A DNA stretch of 64,000 nt, from assembly GCA_013239625.1 (NCBI GenBank), contig MU053319.1:62001-126000 (forward strand). Direction: 5' to 3'. Both the position numbers and the translations under genes were made by a program. Of the stretch, positions 1 through 11,159 are shown piece by piece. Origin of the DNA: Lama guanicoe (Eukaryota). Under the pieces are notes generated by a model that saw nothing but the letters and a program-made list of their open reading frames with translations, was not told where the DNA came from and made no database searches. Numbering within the stretch: position 1 is the first letter of the stretch; every line of letters starts with the position of its first letter.

Positions 1-321
1 TAAGAATGTAACTTTATTTGGAGAAACCGTCTTTAAAAAGTAACCAAATTAAAATGAGGTCATTAGGGTGGGCCCAAATCCAAGTAATAAGTCTTTATAA
101 AAAGATTAGGACAGAAACACAGGGAGGGACACCATACGAAGACACACGGAGAATTCGACATCGACAAGCCAACGAGGGAGCCTTCAGAAGAAACCAACCC
201 TGCTAACACTTTGACCTCAGACCTTTAGCCTCCAGAACTGTGAGAAAATACACTTTTTGTTGTTTAAGCCACACACCCAGTCTCTGATACATTTTTGTGG
301 CAGCTGGACCAAACTAAAACA
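1..321 (+). mobile_element. MLT1-type (ERVL-MaLR) LTR, cut off by the window start
   Basis: Typical MLT1 motifs: aaaatgaggtcattagggtgggccc, aaccaaccctgctaacactttg, gcctccagaactgtgagaaaata, tgtttaagcca, and the terminal actaaaaca. Confidence 0.85.
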
Positions 322-879
322 CCGAGCAATGGAAGGGATACTGTGTGTCAACTTAATACTTGTGTTTGACTATCAGAAGTTTCACTTAATGGGTAACTTT
401 CATCAGCTGTCTTAGATGTACATAATTAGATGACATGAAAGGGGCAAAGAATTGGACTTTCTAGTCATTTTGTTAAGTTGACTACATTGTAATAAATTAG
501 GCTGAAATATTCATCCTAACTTTTCGTTAATGAAAGTGTTGATATCAACTCATAGACAAAAAAAATTACTGCCATTCAAAGATCAATCAAGTGATATCAC
601 CGAATAGATACATGGACAATGTTTTCAGTCCTGATTGTGAAAATCACCTTTGAAGACACAACAGCCTGACTTGAGTGAGGGCTTTATCTTAAGTCTCAGT
701 ATGGATAATGGGATCTTCTCAGGCCCTACTCAAATGTCACCTAAAAAACCTGAAGGTCTTCTACACTTGCCCTTTTCTTAAATATGTAATGGAAAATAAC
801 AGAACCAGTAAAGTGAGGGGAAATTCACACAACAGTGAATCAAGCCTCTTAGGAGACTGAATTCTTAATGTAAATATCA

Positions 880-1190
880 AGATTTAAGTGAAAAAGGCTT
901 TAAATTCAAGAGGATTTATTGGCTTATTTAACCAAAAAGTCTAAGGAAGGAGTTTAAGTGTGCTTTGATCCTGAGGGTCCCTAGATTGCCAGATTTTTGT
1001 CTTTAGTTTACAATAATTCTCTCAGCACGGTTATCCTTCGTATGCCAAATACATCCTCTAGTGTCTTTCTACATCGTAATAAAATAGGTGCCTCTGTTAC
1101 AAGCTTTATGTTCAGAGAATATATTCTCATAACATTCAGACAACTGGTCCAAGTGTGGCCATCAACCAGCATCACGAGGAGATGGTCCTT
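880..1190. mobile_element. Old MaLR LTR fragment (MLT1K/L-like)
   Basis: ggatttattggcttatttaaccaaaaagtc...ttgatcc resembles the MLT1K/L consensus; heavily diverged. Confidence 0.4.
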
Positions 1191-1584
1191 CTAAGTGAAG
1201 TCAGCAGAAGGAGAAAGAAAAATGCCATCTGATGTCACCCATATGTGGAATCTAAACAAAGAAAAAAGAGGACACTAATGAACTCATCTGAAAAGCAGAA
1301 ACAGACACGTAGCCAACAATCTTATGGTTACAGGGGGTAAGGGAGTGGGAATGGATAAATGGGGAGTTTGAGATTTGCAAAGGTTAACCACTATATATAA
1401 AAATAGATAAACAAGAAGTTTCTTCTGTATAGCACAGGGAACTATATTCAATATCTTGTAGTAACCTATACTGAAAAAGAATATGAAAATGAATGAATAT
1501 ATGTATATATATGCATGACTGGGACATTGTGCTGTACACCAGAAATTGACACATTGTAACTGACTGTATTTCAATTAAATAAAA
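1191..1584 (+). mobile_element. 5'-truncated camelid-type L1 3' end
   Basis: ctaagtgaagtcagc...tgtggaatct...gggagtttgagatttgc...tatagcacagggaactatattcaatatcttg...caccagaaattgacacattgtaactgac, then an A-rich tail; many homologues in this window. Confidence 0.9.
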
Positions 1585-1664
1585 TCAGCATAATTACCTA
1601 AGAGATTGTGAAAAGTTCAAATTCTAGGTAATTTGTCCGGTAATTAGAAAAGGTAACTTACCAA

Positions 1665-1950
1665 TTTATCAGATCTCTGAATGAGAATTTCTGGGATCGG
1701 GGCTCCAAAATCTGTCTTAAATCCTTCAAATGATGTTGATAAACACTAAATTTTGAGAAGCTCTGTTCTAGAGCAGTTGTTTCAAACCTGGTTTTATATA
1801 AGCTATCACCTGGGGGAGGTTTTAAAATAATACCATGGCCTAAGTTGCATCTCAGAGATGCTAATTTTGTCGATCTGAGGAAGGGACACCAGGAAGCCTT
1901 TGCTCTGTATGCAGGTTTCATTTACACATTTAGTTAAGTAACACCAGTCC
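1665..1950. mobile_element. Two adjacent MER5-like (hAT-Charlie) DNA transposon fragments
   Basis: First piece ends cactaaattttgagaagctctg; second starts cagttgtttcaaacct...atcacctgggggaggttttaaaa, matching MER5 termini. Confidence 0.6.
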
Positions 1951-2372
1951 CCAACAACGTGGCTAAAATTTCTGGTTCCGCGACTTATTAACTGCCTGTC
2001 ATTGCATAGAAAGTAAACTCCACTGCCACTTCTTCAGCCCACAGATCCCTATGAAAATAACAAATGCGCGTTAGGATCAGTGACCGGTCACATCACTCTA
2101 CAGCAGCTCTGTGGTCACCGCACGTCTGTTACTCAGTTCACAGACGTAGACTGCAAAGTGGTCTCTCAGTGATACCCCCACATAGTGTCATAAAGACGGA
2201 TAATCAATACAGGAGATTGGCCAACAAAGATAAGAGGGCAGCAAAGAAAGGAAAAGTGAAAATGCTGGAAGTGAGCTACAGGTCAAGTGTAAATGAATAG
2301 TAAGAGAATTAGCTAGCTGATCGTGGGAACGTTGGGTCCCGCTATTGCTCCAGACTCTATTCAGTCTTTCTG

Positions 2373-2616
2373 TTTTAATTGAAGTACCGTCAGTTACAAT
2401 GTGTCAGTTTCTGGTGTACAGCACAGTGTCCCAGTCAGGCATGTACACACATAGATTCATTTTCCTATTCTTTTCCATTAAAGGTTATCACAAGATATTG
2501 AATGTAGTTCCCTGTGCTATACAGAAGAAACTTGTTGTTTTATCAGTTTTTATATACAGTGGCTAAGATTTGCAAATCTCTAACTACCAAATTTATCCCT
2601 TCCCATCCCCTTTTCC
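2373..2616 (-). mobile_element. Camelid-type L1 3' end
   Basis: Reverse complement of the element at 1191-1584 (ttaattgaagta...cagttacaatgtgtc...atttatcccttccc). Confidence 0.9.
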
Positions 2617-2639
2617 ATAAACTCTAGACATGAAGTCAG

Positions 2640-3010
2640 AGGATCTTACCAAAGGCAAAGTTATAACATAAATGAGGAAAATGGTTGTTGGGAAAAAAAA
2701 AAAAAAAGGATGAAGGTGTCCCTGAGGAAGTGTCAGTGGCAAAAAACTTCACATTAAATAAACACCCGGAGGTATCTCACAATGTGGAAAGTCCAAAGGC
2801 TAAAACGTTGGAAGCTGATCTAAACTCGGAGAAGGGAATGAAAATTTGCCAGAGCACAGAAAACTGCACGTTCCCTATCATGTTTTAGAACAAGAAGGCA
2901 AGCACTGTTCCAATTACTTCTGATAAATTTTCTACAAAGAAGGAAAACATTATTCTCAATATTTATGACACTTTAAATTGCAGTGTCATAAACATTAGTT
3001 TCACTTAAAA
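2640..3010 (+). mobile_element. TcMar-Tigger DNA transposon fragment (Tigger13a-like, transposase C-terminal region)
   Basis: gaggaagtg..aaaaaacttcacattaaa..aaaacgttggaagctgatctaaact..aatttgccagagcacagaaaa..aagaaggcaagcactgttc matches the recalled Tigger consensus. Confidence 0.7.
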
Positions 3011-3329
3011 AAAAATGTACCCAACATTAAAGAGACAGTAAGAGAGTTTTCTAATATTTTGACAAAAAATGGTTAAAGGTCAGGGAGCCAGTGTAATTTT
3101 TCCAATGATTGTTAAGACCGCTTTGCACTGAGGGAGCTGCGCGGGCATTTCTGCAGGTCTGCGCTACCATGCGAACTGGGGACTGCCTGCACCCAGAACT
3201 CCCTGGCAGTGGGTGGGGGTCCTCCAAAGCAGGGCGGAGGACCACCGATCCGAGCAGCAGCTCTCACAATGAGCTCCTTGAACGTTAGCATCGATATCAG
3301 TACCTTCTCGTTTACTGGAAATGTAATGT

Positions 3330-3436
3330 CATGGGTTCCAGCCCACTGGGGTTGGGGCCCAGGAATTGGTGTTTTATTTAACAAGCTCTCCAGGAAATCA
3401 TCATTCAAATGCATGCTAAAGACGAAGGATCACTGA
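3330..3436. mobile_element. MER5A-like fragment
   Basis: ggggttggggcccaggaatt..tttaacaagctctccagg..atgcatgctaaag..cactg. Confidence 0.7.
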
Positions 3437-3764
3437 TGCAGAGAATAGAGCGCTTCCCTTACCCAGAGGTCAGCATGAGGGGCAGCCTTTCCCGGGCAGC
3501 CTTTCCCAGGCATCCTGTGTGGTCCAGTCCTTAACTGAGACACTCAGCACTTAAAGGAACCACTGAGAAGGTGGCCACTGGGAAGAGTCCCATAATATCT
3601 ACTCTAACTCTTTTCTTAAAAGCTTCTCAAAAAAAAAAAAAGCTTTAAAATTAAAAGGGAAGAAAATCTAAGAAAGGCATGGCTTTTAAGTAGGCATGCA
3701 AGTTATTGAAATTTGATAACTGTGTTTCATAAAAAATGTTTCCTGATTCCACTGAACTGAAAGT

Positions 3765-3985
3765 GTAACGGAGGTACTGCTTAAAGGAACTGATCCGCAG
3801 ACAATTTACTGACCTAGGAAGCTTCTATTCCAGGATCCTTGAGTCAGGCAGCATCTAACGTAGCAGGGAGAGAGGAGCTCTGAAGAGCTGTGCAAGGTGA
3901 GAGACTTTTATAGGTCAAATTGTGCAGGAACAAGGAAGTTAGGCGGGGCCTTGGTGATGGGTTAAAGCAGGGTTACCCTATGGAG
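3765..3985 (-). mobile_element. ERV1-type LTR fragment
   Basis: ggcagcatctaacgtagcag..aggagctctgaagagctg..cttttatagg..ggaacaaggaagtta resembles laurasiatherian ERV1 LTRs; TATAAAA on the minus strand. Confidence 0.4.
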
Positions 3986-3996
3986 AAGGGCCTTCA

Positions 3997-4100
3997 TGGC
4001 ACGAGGTCCTGGGTTCAATCCCCAGCACCTCCATTAAAAAATAAATAAATAAACCTAATTATGTCCTCCACCCCCACTTCCCCAAAAAACAACAACAACG
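3997..4100 (+). mobile_element. Vic-1-type tRNA-derived SINE, 5'-truncated
   Basis: gcacgaggtcctgggttcaatccccagcacctccattaaaaaataaataaataaacctaatta; B-box ggttcaatcc. Confidence 0.85.
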
Positions 4101-4112
4101 AAATTTTTTAAG

Positions 4113-4262
4113 TGCACCAGGAAACTTTTGGGAGTGAAGAATGTTTATTATCCTGACTGTGGTGATGGACTCATAGGTGTATACCCATATGCCAAGATTT
4201 ATCAAATTATACTCTTCATAACCAGTTTGTTGTAGTCAGTTTCACCTCAGCTGAAGTTTTAT
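4113..4262 (+). mobile_element. Old L1M (L1MC/MD/ME-like) 3' UTR fragment
   Basis: ggaaacttttggg..gaatgtt..tatcctgactgtggtgatgg..cataggtgtatac..atcaaatt. Confidence 0.65.
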
Positions 4263-7200
4263 GAACTAGAGAAAAAGAGAGAAAGAGAAAGAAATCATTT
4301 TGTCTCATACATTGACACATTTTAAGATGATAACTCTCAATTTTCTGTTATTTTTTGCTGTATTTTCTCCATCAGCAACTGAATTGACATCTTATGCCTA
4401 ATTTTTATGAAGACTATTTACCATACACCCATAAGTTTTGTGATTTTTTTTCCCATAAGTTGTTAGTAAACTGAAGTATAAAATAGTACTAATATAAAGA
4501 AAATTTCCAAATTCTTTAGTAACAAATGTCCTTGGTTTATTTCTTGAATCTCCTGACTTCAGTAGAATAATTAGCAAATTAAACATAGGATTCTGAAGTA
4601 AATGTTTAACATTTTAACATACATCAGCCTTCATAGTTTCACAAAATCATATTTTAAAAATTATAGTTGGATATTTAGATGAAGATAAATTAAATAAGAT
4701 GATATTAAAATGATCCACAAATAGTCAAAATATGAACCAAAATATACTAGTATATTTAATATTTTCCCTTAAAAATCACACAGTAGACATGTAACATTTT
4801 ATTCCATTCCTTTCAAGTAAACAAACGACTGGTTTTCAAAAAATAACACTAAAAGCCCTCATATGTAATCATTTGCAAAATAAAGAAAAGAAATGTAAAG
4901 AAGGAAAGGAAGAAATTAACCCATATTGAGTGCTCATCAACTGCCAGGAACCATGTGAGGCTCTCTATATACGATGTTTCATTTAATCAAGGGTCAATCC
5001 AGAGCTTAATCAGCAGTTTAAAATTTAATACCAAAGCTTCAGTCTGGAATATTGGTCATGTTTCAAGATCCAATGACAAAAGAGTAAATATTGTTTGTTT
5101 TTTTTTTACCATAACTCAGTGCCTAGTATTGTGCCAGATTTATTGTGGATGCTTAATATGTTTTTCTCTTGATGAATGCATGTATTGTCCACTTACCATA
5201 ATTTTTACTTCCCACTAAGAACACTAGAGCAAGAGACAGATAATTTGTGTCTATAGAATATTCCATTTAAGAGATGAGAGAACCCTAACTGGTTGGCTGT
5301 CTGGTCACAAAAGCAAAGACCAGCTCCCTCCACCCCAAAAAAAGCCAAAAGCACTGTGAAAAGAGTCCATGTTCCAGGTCTAAGTCAAAAAGAAATTTGA
5401 TTTTTTCAGGACACCCATGTTGCATCAGGCTCAGTGGCCAGCTCACATTAACCAAGCTGGTGAAAGGCTAACCTATAAAACAGATTGCTAATGCATTAAT
5501 TCAGGTGAAATAGAAGTTTCAAAGGTCAAGAGCCTTCCTGTCCGCCGGTCAGTACATTCAGACCACAGTAATAAAGTCTTTATGAGAGCAGGTGTAATCT
5601 GAATGCTGCCTGGTGAGCAATGGCAATTAGGAAGATGGTCGTAATGGCTGGCGTCACCAGGCTGTAATTGTCAGAGGCAGCCGTGGAAATATACGTCCCT
5701 CATCCTCGGGCAGTGCTGAAATTACTCTGATGCGTTCTTGTTCTTTTATTAGCCTCTTTGTGGACTCCATACAGAACGTCTACCACCACTTAACATATTC
5801 TCATTCCTCTTTCAAAATGTTAAAATACTGCAGATTAGATTATGCCTTCTTTGTATATCAGCTGCAATTCAGTAATGCCTTCTGAAGTTTATACCCTAAG
5901 TTCCTTGACTAAAGAGCAACAATACCTTTTTCAGTTTGATTTAATTTAGGGAAGTCTTTTCCCATGGCCATGACCTGAGTCTTAGCGGGAGGTTGTTGGC
6001 AACTGTTTTTGAAGACAGAGGATTTCATATATTATAGGTTTAATTCTAATTATCTTAAATTATCATGAAATTATGAGATACAGTTTACCATAACCAAGAG
6101 TGTGTGTAGTACATTTTTAATTTTTATGTAAGCAAAGTTTATTCTAGGAAGAGCAACTATTGAGAGATAAAACCATTTAAAAATTTACATATATGTACTG
6201 TTCATTGTTTCTAAGAACAGTTTAGAGCTTTAGCTTTTTAAACTTACATAGTTATCAAAGGAATAAAGCCAACCACAAAACAAGAATCAACAGAAGGCAG
6301 GAATTCAATCATAACAGACAGTCAAAAGTGCTTATCCATATTCAAGAAATCATATAAAGCAAATAGTTTGAATATCCAAGACTGTAAATGGAGCTAATTG
6401 AGGATACTTCTTGTGTTGAACCATATTTTAAAATAAGTATAGTCTATGTATCTATACTTGGTATACACAGTTAAGAAATGAGACAGGTATCACAATTTTA
6501 AATACTTCCACTGAACACTCCGAGAGGATGCACATCCAGCAATTTTTACGCAAAGGATAACCAAAAACGTTCCATAGCTATTTATTCTGATATATAAAAT
6601 TTTTACTTCCTAATGTTAGCCCATAGAAGTGGCAGCCTCTAGTGAGTCACGTACTATTTTTGCTACCTTTTAAAATTATTTTTATATAGAAACACCAAGA
6701 CTATTAATCAGATATGCTCTTCATTCTTTAGCTCTAAAACCGAAACACTGACAAACGTTGAGGTTGGATGAAAAATAATTATTATCGATCCTATCAATCA
6801 TAAGTAATTGGTTAAGAATTATTCATCACGTTTCAAGTGTCAATTTCTAATTAGCAATAAATAGTTTTCTGAAAAAGTAAGTAATGTTCACACTTAGCCT
6901 CTCTCCATCACTATCAAATATTGCACAGGGTGTTTGAAGTAAGACTAGTCTGGTCACTACGCCAGCTGCAGTTTCCTTCCAGTGACCTTCCCTGGACGTT
7001 AACATCCCTCTCTGGGTGCAATTGTTCTGCAGTCAGGTTTCACCCCAGTTACTTGCAACCAGGGCCGTCACTTAGGGCTGTGTGTGCTGTGTCTTCTAGA
7101 AAGGTGCTCGTGTTAAAGGTTGACTCGTGTCTGAAATCCAGCTCATCCTCTGCTCATCAAGGCACCAGGCGCCTTGGCTGGGGGGGTTCCATCGGCCTCC

Positions 7201-7469
7201 AGACGGAGGCATCATTTTCAAGAGGTTCTCTAAGGGCTAGAGGAAGCCCTGTTTTATCCTGCCCATATATTTAGGGTCTACATTTATGATCGTGTTTACT
7301 TTCCCTGCTTCATTTCCTTCTAATGTCAATCTAATCCCAATCAAAATATTGACAGATTGTACACATAGCTGGGAGAGATGCATAAAAACAGGTAATTTTA
7401 TTTAGTTAGTTTTATTTTGTTTATTAATTTCATTTACTTGTCATTACCATCATAATAATTATTTATTAT

Positions 7470-7810
7470 TGTCCAGGTGGAAGTGTGAATTACAGCAACC
7501 TTTTACAGGAAGTAATTTGGCAATACCTATTAAAATTTAAAATATTCATTCCATTTGACCGAGCATTCCCCTCTGAGAAATATGTCCTTCAGAAGTCAAA
7601 GCATCAGTACCTAAGAATACATGTACAAAGAAGTTCACTGGAGATACAGTTATTTTTTAAAAATAACAACCTGAAAGAGGTCCAGTACATCATATTCCAA
7701 AACATGGACCACCGTGAAACTATTTTAAAAGCATGTACCACCTCTGTGAGGAGTGGCCTAGGAAAATATGCAAAATATAAATTGTTACATATCGATTCCA
7801 TTTTGTTAAA
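7470..7810 (+). mobile_element. Old L1ME fragment
   Basis: ggtggaagtgtgaatt..aaccttt..aatttggcaatacctattaaaatttaaaat..catttgaccgagcattcc. Confidence 0.65.
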
Positions 7811-8493
7811 AACTGAGGGGGAATAGGAGTAAATGTAAAAAATATATGTAAATATATTTATATATACAGACATATATTTCATGGATTTAATGAAAGGTAA
7901 AATATAATGTACTTCTAAGTGTTAATATAATTATTCAAAGGTGTAGTTTGATGGGGAAAATGAGGGAAAACCAATAACTGTTCCAATTAACTGTCCTCTG
8001 TTTTGATCAAGTTGTTGAAATAAGTGAGCATTTTAGTTTTTTAAGTTAAAAAGAGTAAAGGACTAATAAACTCAAATGTTGCAGCCTTTGGGTTTTCCTT
8101 TTCACTTTGACTCATTCATTTTTATTTTACATTCATACATCACAAGACATAGTCTTCTTTGGTACCATGTTTCATGACAGCTCAAAGCAACTGACCAACC
8201 TGAAGCCACTCCCCTAGTTCTGTAAGGTTTTGTTTTCATTGATTTGGGGTTGAGGCTGTTCCTCTGATTAGTTGGTATTATTTTCCACTTATCCTTTCAT
8301 TCATCAGCATATACTTTCTGGTGGGGAGGGGAGGAAGGCAGGGGGACCATTTTGGGGGTTGGACAGGGAGTGAGTGTTGGCAATGGTGCAAAGAGCTGGA
8401 TGGAGGGTGATTTCCTGACATGAAGGCACTCAACCCTGACTTACAGCTCAGAGTCCTGAGAAGGACATCCAGATCTAGCCCTTTTATGAGGGT

Positions 8494-8900
8494 TGTTATG
8501 GTCTGAATTGTGTCCCCCAAAATTCATCTGTTGAAGCTCTAACTCCCAATGTGACTCTATTTGGAGATAAGACCTTTAGGGGGGTAATTAAGGTTAAATG
8601 AGGTCATAAGTGTGGGGCCCTATCCCAAGAGAAGTTGTAGCATTTGGAGATACCAGAGTGCTCTGTCTCTTTTTCTCTCTCTTCTGTACACACAGAGGAA
8701 AAGCCGAAAGAGGACACAGTAGGACACAGTGAGAAGGTGGCCGTCTACAAGCCAGGAAGAGAGCGCTTACTAGAAACCAGCCCTTCCAACACCTTGATCT
8801 TGGACCTAAAGCCTCTAGAACTGGGGGGAGGGGGGTAGGTTTCTGCGCTTTAAGCCACCCAGTCTGTGGTGTTCTGTTAGAGCAGCCTGTAGACTGTTCA
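8494..8900 (+). mobile_element. MLT1A/B-like solo LTR
   Basis: TG start (tgttatggtctgaattgtgtcccccaaaattcat), aaggttaaatgaggtcata, tttaagccacccagtctgtgg, CA end. Confidence 0.85.
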
Positions 8901-8949
8901 GGGGGTGAAATGGCTTCTCAAGACATGGTCTACAACAAATGATGTGTTT

Positions 8950-9225
8950 ATAGTAAAACTACATTACCCTAGTATTGAGGAAAACAGGGAGCTCAAGTAG
9001 GTGGGAAATTAGAAATGACTGTTACATAAGATCAGGGGTACTCACTGTGTTTTCCAAAAAGGCCAATAAGACAATTCCTTACCTAACGCAATACAGAATA
9101 CATTACTGAAAGGGGCCCCAGTACCTTTAGGAAGCTCAGCTGTGGCTGTCATTTATAAACCAGGGTGACTAAGGGAAGCGTCCCCACCGAATATGCTCCC
9201 TAGAACCAAGGGGAACTATGGCATT
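8950..9225 (+). mobile_element. ERVL internal sequence, gag remnant
   Basis: aacgcaatacagaatacattactgaaaggggccccagtacctttaggaagctcagctgtggctgtc translates NAIQNTLLKGAPVPLGSSAVAV, similar to ERVL gag (AIRNALVRGAPASLKSSVVA). Confidence 0.7.
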
Positions 9226-9685
9226 ATTTTATTCTTCTTGAATAAATTTGCAACAACATGGGTGGACCTGGAGATCATCATTCTAAATGAAGCCAGCCAG
9301 GAAGAGAAAGAAAAATACCGCATATCACTCATACGTGGAATCTTTAAAAGAAGAAAAAGGACACTATGAACTCATCTACAAAGTAGAAACAGACTCACAG
9401 ACATAGTAAACAATCATATGGTTACTGGGGGAAAGGGGAGAAAGGGGGTGGGAAGGGATAAATTTGGAGTTTGAGATTTGCGAAGGTTAACCACTATATA
9501 TAAATATAAATAAAAAACAAATTTCTTCTGTAGACCACAGGGAGCTATATTCAATATCCTGTAATAACCTTTAATGAAAAAGAATATGAAAATGAATATA
9601 TGTATGTCTATGCATGACGGGGACACTGCTGTACACCAGAAATTGACATACTGTAACTGACTATACTTCAATTTTAAAAAAAAGG
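9218..9685 (+). mobile_element. Camelid-type L1 3' end with a short 5' inversion, inserted in ERVL gag
   Basis: L1 3' UTR at 9246-9685 with A-tail; 9218-9239 is the reverse complement of the L1 sequence immediately upstream; degenerate TSD ggaactatggcatt/ggaattatggaatt. Confidence 0.85.
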
Positions 9686-9743
9686 AATTATGGAATTCTG
9701 CAAGGGCAGGCGAAATGGGACAGTACCCTACTTTCAAAAACAA

Positions 9744-11152
9744 TGTGAATATGAGCTATTTTTACCTACAACAGTTCTGACACCAAATATGTTGATGTTT
9801 TCCCATGCCAATAACAGATTTTCTAACTCTCTAGACACCAATTGGGTGTCCTACAATGCAATTCTGACACTAACTACCCAGAGTTAGCATCAGACTGCAC
9901 AGGTTCAAAGCTCAGACCCACAGGACAGTCACAAGTACCACGTACCCAGGGAACCCACATTCCTGTCCCGCAAACGCTTCGGGCTCAATGATTTGCTAGA
10001 ACGTCTCACAGAACCTAGAAAAGCACTTACTGGCTATTCCTGGTTTATTAGAAAGGACATAACTCAGGAAGAATCAAATGGAAGAGGCGCAAAGGGCAGA
10101 GGGGAGGTGTGAGAGCTCCTACACTCTCTGGGTGCACCACCCTCCCAGCACCTCACTGAGCTCAGCAACCCAGAAGCACTCTGAGTCTCATTGTTTAGGG
10201 ATTTTTATGGAGGTTACACTAAGTAGGCAGAATTGATTGAATTGATGCAGGAAAAACAGATGTGTAGCGTGAGGAGGGCTGTGTTCCAGGCTTCGGCTGA
10301 GCCCCAGGGATGCACCCCGCCAAGTGTGGGTCCTTGGCTTCGCGCAGGAAGGAATTCAAGAGCGAGCCACAGTTGAGTAAAGGTAGATTTATTTAAAGAG
10401 AAACATCGAAAGGCAAGAGAAAGGCCCCAAGATGTGGGGGTTGGGTGCTCAGATTAAAAGTAGAGGCACACACTCCATAAGCAGAGTGCGGGCCGTCTCC
10501 TAAAGGAGACAGAGAGGGGATACTGTGGCCGTGAGGCACTGTCGCCAGTTTTTATGGGCTCAGTGGCTTCATATGCTACTAAGTGGAAGGACCAGTCTAA
10601 CTAGCCCAGGGAAGGGGCAGGGATTCCTAGGAAGTTGGCCATTTCCCACTCTTTGACCTTTTGTGGCTAGCCTTGGGACTGCCATGGTGCCTGTGGGCGT
10701 GTTATTCACCATGTTAATAAATTACAATGGGTGTATAATGAAGCTCAAGCTCTGCCAGAAGTCAAATCTCCTGCCATCCTGAGCCTCAAGGCCTCCTAGG
10801 GCCTGAATCTTTCACCACTTTGATGTTAACTGCTGTGGTGTTCCTTGAATGGCTGTGCCCTGCCCCCTTCCTGTCTCAGAATCAGTGGCCATTGGTGATC
10901 AACTCAAACTGCAACCTCTCTCCCCTCCTCCCCCCAGGTCAGGAGGTGGGAGTGAAATTTCCCACTTTCTATCATGCCTTGGCCTTTCTGGGGTCCAGCC
11001 TGCACCCTGAAGCTACTGGGAGCCCGGCCGCCAGGCATCTTCTTAACATACAAAAGACATTCATTTGTCACTTCAGGGATTCCCAGAGGTTTTAGGAGCT
11101 GTTTGCCAGGAATCAGGGGCAAACACCAAATCTATATGTTTCATAATAGCAT
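9744..11152 (-). mobile_element. MER21-like LTR split by a younger LTR (halves 9744-10242 and 10879-11152)
   Basis: ttctgacaccaa, gggtgtcctacaat..caattctgacactaactacccagagttagcatcagac, atttgctagaac..ctcacagaac, caccctcccagcacctc, ggccattggtgat, ggttttaggagct; the halves rejoin at ttgattgaat|cagtggccattgg. Confidence 0.85.
10243..10878 (-). mobile_element. Solo ERV1-type LTR, 636 bp, with 4-bp TSD GAAT
   Basis: TG...CA termini (tgatgcagg...ctgtctca); gaat at 10239-10242 and 10879-10882; minus-strand CATAAAAA (about 10548-10555) and AATAAA (about 10388-10393). Confidence 0.9.
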
Positions 11153-11159
11153 AGAATAA

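Noticed and set aside
3480..3507. 14-bp tandem repeat gggcagcctttccc x2
   Set aside because: Simple local slippage duplication; not a canonical kB or GAS site and no other support for function
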